Source: Candidatus Electrothrix sp. GW3-4 | Lineage (GTDB): Bacteria; Desulfobacterota; Desulfobulbia; Desulfobulbales; Desulfobulbaceae | Assembly (NCBI RefSeq): GCF_037902255.1 | Contig: NZ_CP147990.1 | Span: forward strand, 4,050,001-4,082,000 | DNA: 32,000 bases | Reading direction: 5' to 3' | In this document: piece by piece, positions 24,962 to 32,000 of the stretch | Layout: each line of letters opens with the position of its first letter | Position numbering within the stretch: the first letter of the stretch is position 1 | Translations under genes and position numbers: made by a program | The notes under the pieces: generated by a model | The model's database searches: none | The model's input: only the letters and a program-made list of their open reading frames with translations | What the model was told of the DNA's origin: nothing

Positions 24962-26665
24962 ATGACTATGTGGAGAAGCATTCAATCACAAAGAAGCAAA
25001 AGCAGTGCCCTGTTGACGGCCCTGCTCTGGGCGTTCGCGTTCATTGCCGGTCTCAGCGGCAACGCCACGGCCGCCGAACCGCAGCAGCAGACAGGCAGTT
25101 TTAAGGTCGTGGGCGTAGGCCCTGGCGACGGTGACCTGCTGACCCTCAGGGCGGTCAAGGCCATTGAGGACGCCGAGGTGGTCTTTTGCAGCACCCGCAA
25201 GCAAGAAGGCCTGGCCTCAGCAGTGGATTTCAGCGGCAAGGAGGTCATTGACGGCTATGGGGTCCTGTTCTGGCATTACGGCAAGGAATGCAGCAAGAAT
25301 GAGGTCAAACACTTCAAGCAGCGGATGAGCTGTGAGGAGTACCATGCCAAGCAGGCAGCATTTGCCCGCATGGTGCGCAACGCGGTCGCCCAGGGCAAGG
25401 ATGTGGTGATGTTGAGCAGTGGTGATCCCACCATCTACGGCCCGGATATCTGGACCCTGCGAGAACTGAGCGAGCTGGATACCGAGCTGATTCCTGGTCT
25501 CAGTGCCTTTAATGCCGCCAATGCGGCCCTGGAGGCCAGCCTGGGTGAGGTGATTATCACCGCCCCCTTTATCAGCAAGGATGGGGAGCAGGACAGCCTG
25601 GAGCAGCTCTCCGCTCATGAAAAGGCCACCATGGTCATCTTCATGCCCTGGGATATAGGGAAGACCTTTCAGCGCTTAGCCAAGACCTATCCGGCAGAGA
25701 CCCCGGCAGCCGTGGTCAGCAATGCCGGTATGACCGGGAAAGAAAAGGCCGTTCTCGGGACCGTGGGCAGTTTTGCTGCGGACTCCTCTGGCCTGGACGG
25801 CAATCGCTCCATTATCTATGTGGGGGAGCGCTTGGAGCAGGCCCAGTTTACCAAGACCCCGGACAAGACGGCAGGAAAAGGAAAGTACTATCTGGTGGGC
25901 ATGGGGCCCGGCGACCCTGATCTGGCCAGCCTTCGGGCCATGAAAGTTATTCAAGAGGCGGATATCATTTTCAGTGGTGAAAAAATCAAGAAAAAATTTC
26001 AAGAAGTGCTCAAAGGAAAAGAGGTCATCAGCGGCTATCACCGGCTCTTCCCTTATTACGGTAAGACCTGCAGCAACAGCGAAGATGACGACAAACGCAA
26101 AAACGGGATGAACTGCCAAGAGTACCATCAGAAACAGGAAGAGTTTGCCGCCAGGGTACGCAAGGCCGTGGCTGAGGGTAAGACTGTAGCCATGCTCGAC
26201 AGCGGCGATCCCCTGGTCTATGGCCCCTGCTCCTGGTCGATCACCGAACTAAAAGACCTGGATACCGAAGTGGTGCCCGGAGTCAGTTGTTTCAATGCGG
26301 CCAATGCAGCCCTCAAGGCCGGGGTTACCGAGGGGAAAACCTCCCATTCGGTTATCCTGGCTTCAGGCTGGACCGTGGATGAAATGGCTCGCCATCAAAG
26401 CACCATGGTCCTGTTCACCATGCGCAACGAGTTCAAGAAGTTCATTGATACCCTGACGAAATATTATTCCCCGGATACTCCGGCTGCTGTTGTTGTCCGT
26501 GCTGGCTATGCCCAGAATGAACGGGTGGTCCACGGTACCCTGGGAACCATGCTCGACCAGGTGGGCAAAAAAAAACTGCCCTTTGAATACATGCTCTATG
26601 TGGGAGATTTCCTAAAAACGAGCCCGGATCGCATCCCGGCTCCGACTGTCTCGCAATCATTATAA
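24962..26665 (+). CDS. Secreted tandem tetrapyrrole-methylase-fold (CbiF/CobM-like) protein
   Basis: The Sec-type signal is M(T)MWRSIQSQRSKSSALLTALLWAFAFIAGLSGNATA-AEP. There are two TP_methylase-like halves. The first (about 25100-25860) has VVGVGPGDGDLLTLRA...SSGDPTIYGP...IPGLSAFNAA. The second (about 25886-26620) has LVGMGPGDPDLASLRA...DSGDPLVYGP...VPGVSCFNAA. The start is the ATG at 24962 or at 24968. Confidence 0.75.
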   Translation: MTMWRSIQSQRSKSSALLTALLWAFAFIAGLSGNATAAEPQQQTGSFKVVGVGPGDGDLLTLRAVKAIEDAEVVFCSTRKQEGLASAVDFSGKEVIDGYGVLFWHYGKECSKNEVKHFKQRMSCEEYHAKQAAFARMVRNAVAQGKDVVMLSSGDPTIYGPDIWTLRELSELDTELIPGLSAFNAANAALEASLGEVIITAPFISKDGEQDSLEQLSAHEKATMVIFMPWDIGKTFQRLAKTYPAETPAAVVSNAGMTGKEKAVLGTVGSFAADSSGLDGNRSIIYVGERLEQAQFTKTPDKTAGKGKYYLVGMGPGDPDLASLRAMKVIQEADIIFSGEKIKKKFQEVLKGKEVISGYHRLFPYYGKTCSNSEDDDKRKNGMNCQEYHQKQEEFAARVRKAVAEGKTVAMLDSGDPLVYGPCSWSITELKDLDTEVVPGVSCFNAANAALKAGVTEGKTSHSVILASGWTVDEMARHQSTMVLFTMRNEFKKFIDTLTKYYSPDTPAAVVVRAGYAQNERVVHGTLGTMLDQVGKKKLPFEYMLYVGDFLKTSPDRIPAPTVSQSL

Positions 26666-26674
26666 CGTCCATCT

Positions 26675-26750
26675 CGCCCCCTGGGGCGGGACAACAAAGT
26701 ATGAAAGGTGATCGGACGACTCCAAGGAGTCGTCGGTACTTTCATATAAA
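26675..26750 (+). promoter_or_regulatory. Copy 3 of the repeated structured 5'-leader element (candidate cis-regulatory RNA)
   Basis: The first hairpin is CGCCC-cctg-GGGCG, followed by GG and ACAACAAAGTATGAAAGGTG. The inner hairpin CGGACGACTCC-aa-GGAGTCGTCGG is unrelated in sequence to copies 1 and 2. CTTTCATATAAA follows. ATGAAAG at 26701-26707 pairs with CTTTCAT at 26739-26745. The SD GGAG follows immediately. Confidence 0.6.
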
Positions 26751-26762
26751 CGGAGAATCTTC

Positions 26763-27590
26763 ATGAATCTGTTTCGTTGCATATTATCTTGCGCGCTTAT
26801 CAGCGTTTTTTCCCTGCTGCTCTGCTCATCAGCAGGGGCCCATAAGATCTGGCTCAATCCTGCGGATCATTTCCCTGAGCCTGGCAGCACCGTGGAGATC
26901 GGGATCGGCTGGGGCCATAAGTACCTTGAAGACCGTACCCATGAAGAACTGAAAAAGGGGATGCCGGAGAAGATCCAGGCCCTTGATCCTGACGGCAAGA
27001 CCGTTGAACTGACCAAGCTTGCCGATGACCGCTACAGCCTAGAGGTCCCGAAACCGGGCCCTTATCTGATCAGCGTGAAGAACAAATCCGGTTTTTTCTC
27101 CACCACCCCGGAGGGGAGAAAATGGGGCAATAAGACCGAGATTGCCGACGCAGTAAAATGTACCAATTATCATCTTGGTGGCAAGACGGTGCTCATGGTT
27201 GGCAAGGGCGCGGAAGGCTTTGACAGACCCGTTGGCCAAGACCTTGAGATCATTCCGCTCACCAACCCAGACCAACTGAAAAAAGGCAATACCTTGAAAG
27301 TCAGGGTGCTCCTCAATGGAAATCCTGCCGCATTTATTCCTCTGAAGGCCGCCTATGCTGGCTTTGAAAAGGCCGAGAAAGAAGGGGAAGCCGCTCCCTC
27401 GACCATGAACAAAAAGGAGGAGAAGCCATTTCCTGCGGAAGCTATCACCGATGCTCAAGGAGAAGCCGAACTCCGACTGGATCGTCCTGGTTACTGGATG
27501 GTCTCGCTGTCCCATAAGCCCCCCTATCCTGACGCAGCGATCTGTGATCAGTACATGTACAATATGACCTTTACTTTTCAGGTACGATAA
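26763..27590 (+). CDS. DUF4198 domain periplasmic protein (NikM-like Ni/Co-uptake-associated family)
   Basis: The signal peptide is MNLFRCILSCALISVFSLLLCSSAGA. The predicted mature N-terminus is HKIWLNP...GWGHKY, the typical DUF4198 start. GGAG lies 8 nt upstream of the ATG. Confidence 0.7.
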   Translation: MNLFRCILSCALISVFSLLLCSSAGAHKIWLNPADHFPEPGSTVEIGIGWGHKYLEDRTHEELKKGMPEKIQALDPDGKTVELTKLADDRYSLEVPKPGPYLISVKNKSGFFSTTPEGRKWGNKTEIADAVKCTNYHLGGKTVLMVGKGAEGFDRPVGQDLEIIPLTNPDQLKKGNTLKVRVLLNGNPAAFIPLKAAYAGFEKAEKEGEAAPSTMNKKEEKPFPAEAITDAQGEAELRLDRPGYWMVSLSHKPPYPDAAICDQYMYNMTFTFQVR

Positions 27591-27609
27591 CCTGTTCCTT
27601 GCCATCTCC

Positions 27610-27650
27610 CTGTTCCCGACTGGGCAGTCCTGGCGGTCGGGAGCAGTTTT
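27610..27650 (+). terminator. Candidate rho-independent terminator after the DUF4198 gene
   Basis: The stem is CTGTTCCCGAC ... GTCGGGAGCAG (11 bp including one G-U pair), followed by TTTT. Confidence 0.5.
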
Positions 27651-27659
27651 CCTTGCGTT

Positions 27660-29081
27660 ATGAAAAAATCATTCAATACCAAGAACGACCTGACCCGTGA
27701 GGTCGGCCTGTCCTCGGCAACAGTCCTGGTGATCGCCAATATGGTGGGCACCGGTGTTTTTACCACCTCGGGCTTTATCCTCAAAGAACTGGGCGACCCG
27801 CGGGCCCTGCTGCTCTGCTGGCTGTTCGGTGGCCTGTTCGCCCTGTGCGGAGCCTTCTGCTTTGGAGAACTCGGAGCCCGTTTTCCCCGGGCAGGGGGAG
27901 AGTATGTCTTTCTCCGGGAAAGTTTCGGCAGGCCAGTAGCCTTTTTATCCGGTTGGATATCGCTCTTTGTCGGCTTTTCCGCTCCCATTGCCGCAGCCTC
28001 CATGGCCTTTTCCTCTTATTTCTCTCAGGCATTTGGTCTGCCAACAGACGGTGCGTTTGTCTTCAGTCCCTTCGGGGTCCCCATGATCACCCTGTCTTGG
28101 TTTAACCTGATCGCCCTGCTGGTCATCGGGACGTTCACCCTGATTCATTATCACGGTCTTCGTACAGGCACCAAAGTGCAGAACGGACTGACCCTGTTCA
28201 AAATTACCCTGATCATCGTTTTTATTATCGGTGGGTTTACCTTTGGCAAGGGGTCAATCGAGCATTTCAGTGCACGCCAAGACCTCTTCGCTACCTTTTC
28301 TTCAGAAAAATTCGCGGTCTCCCTTATCTTTGTCTCTTTTGCCTACAGCGGCTGGAACGCAGCAGCCTATCTTGGTGGAGAGATTATCAATCCCCGGCGC
28401 AATATCCCCTCTGCCCTGCTGATCGGGACTGCCGTGGTAACGGTACTCTATCTGCTCCTCAATGCGCTCTATATCTACGCTGTTCCTATTGGCCAACTGG
28501 CCGGAGAGGTGGAAGTGGGGGCAAAGGCAGCCATTGGTCTGTTCGGCACAAACATCAGTCGTTTTTTCAGCGCAGCCGTGGCCTTGGGGCTCCTCTCGGT
28601 GGTAAGTGCTATGGTCATGACCGGTCCCAGAATCTACTATGCTATGGCCCAGGACGGGGTCTTTTTTTCGGTCTTCGGAAAATTAAATCCGCTCCATCAT
28701 ACCCCGGCCTCATCAATCTTTCTCCAGGCCGGTATAGCGGTTATCATGGTGCTGTCCGCCTCCTTTGAGACCCTGCTGATCTATATCGGCTTTACCCTGT
28801 CCCTGTCCGCCATGCTGACCGTTGTCGGCCTGATGCGCATCCGTTGGCGGGAAGGAAAAGCCCCCAACCTGTACCAGACACCTGGCTATCCGCTGACGCC
28901 CCTCTTGTTTATTGCAGCGAACAGCTGGATCATCTTTTTCTCCGTACGAAGCCAGCCTGTGGCTGTCCTGTTTGCCCTGGGCACCATTGCTGTGGGCATG
29001 CTTGTCTACCTTTTGACAGGGACGAAAAAAGAGGATGACCAAGACCCGGCCCTGACAGCGGAAACAGAGCCAACCTATTAA
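27660..29081 (+). CDS. APC-superfamily amino acid permease (LAT/SteT-like)
   Basis: 473 aa with about 12 TM segments. The N-terminal motif is GTGVFTTSGF...GELGARFPRAGGEYVFLRESFG. Confidence 0.85.
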   Translation: MKKSFNTKNDLTREVGLSSATVLVIANMVGTGVFTTSGFILKELGDPRALLLCWLFGGLFALCGAFCFGELGARFPRAGGEYVFLRESFGRPVAFLSGWISLFVGFSAPIAAASMAFSSYFSQAFGLPTDGAFVFSPFGVPMITLSWFNLIALLVIGTFTLIHYHGLRTGTKVQNGLTLFKITLIIVFIIGGFTFGKGSIEHFSARQDLFATFSSEKFAVSLIFVSFAYSGWNAAAYLGGEIINPRRNIPSALLIGTAVVTVLYLLLNALYIYAVPIGQLAGEVEVGAKAAIGLFGTNISRFFSAAVALGLLSVVSAMVMTGPRIYYAMAQDGVFFSVFGKLNPLHHTPASSIFLQAGIAVIMVLSASFETLLIYIGFTLSLSAMLTVVGLMRIRWREGKAPNLYQTPGYPLTPLLFIAANSWIIFFSVRSQPVAVLFALGTIAVGMLVYLLTGTKKEDDQDPALTAETEPTY

Positions 29082-29158
29082 AAATCAAAAGGCAATCAGG
29101 TACGATCTCCTACTTATAAGCAGGATCAATATCATCAAAAACTCCCAGAGTAACTCCA

Positions 29159-29515
29159 ATGAATAATAGAACAAAAAAACAAGGTTTCTTTCTCTCACTT
29201 CTCATCCTCGGCCTCCCCCTCTTCTTTTCCGTTCAAGGACAGGCCCACGGCGTGCATGGTGATACCGGGAGCGGCAGCAAAGCCATCTGCACCTCTGCTT
29301 CCTATGAGGACGGCGAATCAATGAGCTACGCCACAGTGGAAATTATCGCCCCAAATGCCAAACTCCCGTTCCAGACCGGCCGGACTGACCGGAACGGGTA
29401 TTTCTGTTTCCGACCGGATACACCGGGTCGTTGGAAGATCACGGTCAAGGATGAGGATGGCCATTTTATCCGTCTGGGTACCAAGGTGAGCAAAGAGATG
29501 TTGAACGATGAATAA
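29159..29515 (+). CDS. Small secreted carboxypeptidase-regulatory-like (transthyretin-fold) protein with a His-rich mature N-terminus
   Basis: The signal peptide is ...LILGLPLFFSVQGQA and the mature start is HGVHGD. The core ATVEIIAPNAKLPFQTGRTDRNGYFCFRPDTPGRWKITV fits the CarboxypepD_reg pattern. Confidence 0.6.
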   Translation: MNNRTKKQGFFLSLLILGLPLFFSVQGQAHGVHGDTGSGSKAICTSASYEDGESMSYATVEIIAPNAKLPFQTGRTDRNGYFCFRPDTPGRWKITVKDEDGHFIRLGTKVSKEMLNDE

Positions 29516-29661
29516 CCTCTCTCCAAAACGAAAGGAATTTCTGATAACCTACCCCAGGATACGCACCCGAAAAAATACGCACGACCTGGTGTTGGGCCTA
29601 TCTTTCTGCTGGATTATTGGGACTAATAGCAGATAATCTGGGAGTTCACAGCAAGAGCCTG

Positions 29662-30531
29662 TCACTGGTCCAGCTCTTGCTCATCGTCGCTGAGAGTCAA
29701 TACTGGTCCTGCTATCTTCTCACAGGCCAAGATGGCATCCTGTATTCTCTCTTGAAACTCCTGGTCATCTGTGAAATCCAAGGATTCTTGTAGATTCATG
29801 AGGTGAGGGATCAAATCTGGGTCTGCTAACTCCTCAGCCGCCTCAATACTCAACATACTGACATCATGCAATGTCCATTCCTTGACCAGCTCAGGGAAGA
29901 CCCGTGCATCTTTACGCCTGGCTAAACCGATCAGGGCCTCGCTGCGAATCTCAGCCTCAGGGTCGTGCAAACCTGCGGCCAAGGCCTCTCGGATCTCTGG
30001 ACCATCCATATCAGTTTGAGAACCAAGGGCAAACATGGCCCAGTTGCGAACATCGCCATCAGCGTCCCGACTGAGCTGGATCAGGGCAGTTATCGCTTGC
30101 TCATCGTCATGACAGCTCAAGCCAAAGGTGACCCCGAATCGGACCAGCGCGTCTTCATGCAGAGCCAGCTCGACCAGCGGAGAAATGGCCCGTACATCGT
30201 TGCGATGCCCTAAACTGATTGCCGCATAATGGATGACCTGATGATCAGGATCGCTGAGCAGATTGATCAGGATCTCGACCGATTCCTCATGGAATGTCCT
30301 TTTCTCCCAGCCCAGCTGGGCAAGAATGTCAGCACCAACAGCACGATCTTCAGGGTCTTCACTCTCTGTCAGCTGCCTTCCCAGCTCAAACTCCTTCCAT
30401 CCTCCCCGAAAATGAAGAATAGCCATGGCTTCACGGGTATCCTTATCAGAATGCATCTCCTGGCGATGGGCTTCAACCAATTCCTCTGAACTTCTCGGGT
30501 CTGCTGCATACTTCCTTAATATATCTTGCAT
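29662..30531 (-). CDS. HEAT-repeat (PBS-lyase-type) protein
   Basis: 289 aa with repeated helical units containing D/E-x-x-VR-x-x-A-x-x-AL(G): DPEDRAVGADILAQLG, DPDHQVIHYAAISLG, EDALVRFGVTFGL, DGDVRNWAMFALG, DPEAEIRSEALIGLA. Confidence 0.7.
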   Translation of the reverse strand: MQDILRKYAADPRSSEELVEAHRQEMHSDKDTREAMAILHFRGGWKEFELGRQLTESEDPEDRAVGADILAQLGWEKRTFHEESVEILINLLSDPDHQVIHYAAISLGHRNDVRAISPLVELALHEDALVRFGVTFGLSCHDDEQAITALIQLSRDADGDVRNWAMFALGSQTDMDGPEIREALAAGLHDPEAEIRSEALIGLARRKDARVFPELVKEWTLHDVSMLSIEAAEELADPDLIPHLMNLQESLDFTDDQEFQERIQDAILACEKIAGPVLTLSDDEQELDQ

Positions 30532-30821
30532 TAGTACCTCACACGGAGTTTAAAAAGACGTCAAGACGTAGCGGGCCTGCAACGCGAGAAAAAGACTCTG
30601 TTCTGCCGGTAAATACTGATCTGCGTGGGAACCTGAGAGAGAGGTAAAGGACATAAAGAAGGATTTCAGGTTCCATACCAAAGCAAAGCTTAACCATGTT
30701 GGTCGCAAAAAGTAAACAGAAACAGGTTGTTTTCCTAAAAACTCCTTCCTGAAAAGGTCATGGGCAACACGAGCTTACATACAAGAGAAGGCTGGGGATG
30801 GTAAAAAGGGGAGGAGAGCAA

Positions 30822-30881
30822 CAAGAAAAGAGAGGAAAAGCGAGCAAGATGCCCAGAGGAGGAAGAGGACTCCCTGCTCGC
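30822..30881 (-). terminator. Possible terminator downstream of the carboxylase/decarboxylase gene
   Basis: On the minus strand, GCGAGCAGG ... CTTGCTCGC forms a 9-bp stem with a large loop, followed by TTTTCCTCTCTTTTCTT. The loop is atypically long. Confidence 0.3.
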
Positions 30882-30899
30882 TTAGGATACGCTGCGCTG

Positions 30900-32000
30900 T
30901 TAGTCTTCGTTGACCTCGACTTTTAAGAGCTTATCACCGACCTTGAGGGCATCGCCCACCTTAACACTGATCCTCTTCACCGTACCGCTAACCTCAGAAA
31001 GGACCGGCGTCTGCATTTTCATGGCTTCCAGTACCATAACCTGCTCGCCTTCAGCAATCTCTTGCCCTTCTTGGACATTAATCGCGCTGACATTGCCAGC
31101 AAAAGGGGCCCGGATATCGCCTGCGCTGGCCAATTCCTCAATCTCTTCCTTGGACAAGGTGACCGCTACCTGGACGCCCTGCACCACCTCTGGCTCAAAG
31201 ACATAGACCCGTTCATGGTGATCTACATTCAGGTAGACATTGGTCTCCCCCTCGTCGGTCTTCTGCACCGGTCCGACCTCCAGCAAATGCTCCTTGCCGG
31301 AATGATCCCGAAAGGTGATGCTCTCGCCCAGATCAAAGCCGCCCTGGCGAAGGAAGATGGACGGCGGCAGCACATAGGACTTACCAAAGTCTTCCTCGAA
31401 TTTAAAAAAGTTGACCGCATCATTGGGATGCTGGAGATAGAGCACCAGCTGCTGCTCTGTGGGCTCAGACCCGAGGCGCTCTGTCAGGGTCGCACGCTCC
31501 TGCTCGATATCCATGTCCTCAATATCATCAATGCCCCCTTCTTCTTCCAGGATGGTCCGCCAGTCCGGGCCAAAGACCTTTTCAAAAATCCAGTCTTCCG
31601 GCCGGTAGAAGGGGAACGGGCCGTACTTGCCCAGGAGGAGATTTTTCAGGTCCCCGGACGGTGATTCATAGCGCCCATTCTGGACATTGGAAACCGCTGT
31701 GGTCCAGAGGATCTGAGAACCAGGAGTCACGCTCCAGTAGTTGCCCAATTCCTTCTGCACCTTGGGCAGCTCCTTGTGAAGAATGTCCGGCATCTTGTCC
31801 AGGAAGCCACCCTTCACGGCCTGCTCCAGGCTGGAGCCCATGGCACCGCCAGGCAGTTTATGGATCTGCACGGTGGGCTGGAATCCCTTGATCTGGGACT
31901 CAAACTGGGCATAGTGCTGACGTTCATCCCGGATAATATCAGAGGACTGGATCACCGCCTCTTCATCAATACTCACTGCGGTCTTCCCCAGGTCCTTCAG
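30900..32000 (-). CDS. Oxaloacetate decarboxylase alpha subunit / pyruvate carboxylase subunit B (C-terminal part; 5' end outside window)
   Basis: The C-terminal biotinyl-lipoyl domain carries the EAMKM biotinylation motif (VMVLEAMKMQTPV). Upstream is a PYC_OADA-type conserved carboxylase region (WSVTPGSQILWTTAVSNV). The frame stays open to nt 32000, beyond the GTG listed in the ORF track. Confidence 0.85.
   Translation of the reverse strand: MKDLGKTAVSIDEEAVIQSSDIIRDERQHYAQFESQIKGFQPTVQIHKLPGGAMGSSLEQAVKGGFLDKMPDILHKELPKVQKELGNYWSVTPGSQILWTTAVSNVQNGRYESPSGDLKNLLLGKYGPFPFYRPEDWIFEKVFGPDWRTILEEEGGIDDIEDMDIEQERATLTERLGSEPTEQQLVLYLQHPNDAVNFFKFEEDFGKSYVLPPSIFLRQGGFDLGESITFRDHSGKEHLLEVGPVQKTDEGETNVYLNVDHHERVYVFEPEVVQGVQVAVTLSKEEIEELASAGDIRAPFAGNVSAINVQEGQEIAEGEQVMVLEAMKMQTPVLSEVSGTVKRISVKVGDALKVGDKLLKVEVNED

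Overview
This looks like a chromosomal window of moderate GC. The gene content has a Desulfobacterota/deltaproteobacterial flavour (futalosine-pathway mqnB, a two-CW-domain protein), but that taxon call is inference only. I can support about 24 protein genes.

Gene content from left to right:
- A large secreted Ig-like repeat protein runs off the left edge and is missing from the supplied ORF track.
- Housekeeping genes follow: mqnB, alr, an aldo/keto reductase and a fumarate-lyase-family enzyme.
- A standalone two-CW cysteine-rich protein sits next to a 1.5-kaa SF1 helicase that carries a C-terminal Vsr/DUF559-like nuclease-fold domain.
- Next come a hemerythrin-domain protein, a secreted glycosidase-like protein and a periplasmic FmdE-like protein.
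- A small, visibly AT-richer islet (MscS channel, small membrane protein, HEPN-motif protein) is associated with two diverged copies of an ABC-permease 3' end.
- A type-II P-type ATPase follows.
- Then comes a TonB-dependent uptake locus: a TBDR, a periplasmic tandem tetrapyrrole-methylase-fold protein, a DUF4198 protein, an APC permease and a small secreted His-N-terminal protein.
- The window ends with a HEAT-repeat protein and the 3' part of an oxaloacetate-decarboxylase-alpha/pyruvate-carboxylase-B gene.

The most interesting signal is a structured element of about 75 nt. It has a GC-rich hairpin ending in GGG, then the block ACAACAAAAYATGAAAGGTG, a variable hairpin, and the box CTTTCATATA. 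It occurs three times in the same orientation, immediately 5' of the hemerythrin, tetrapyrrole-methylase-like and DUF4198 genes. Stem sequences change between copies while pairing is preserved, so it is a candidate new cis-regulatory RNA (riboswitch-like, possibly metal- or tetrapyrrole-responsive). I did not recognise any CRISPR array, rRNA, tRNA, transposase or integrase.
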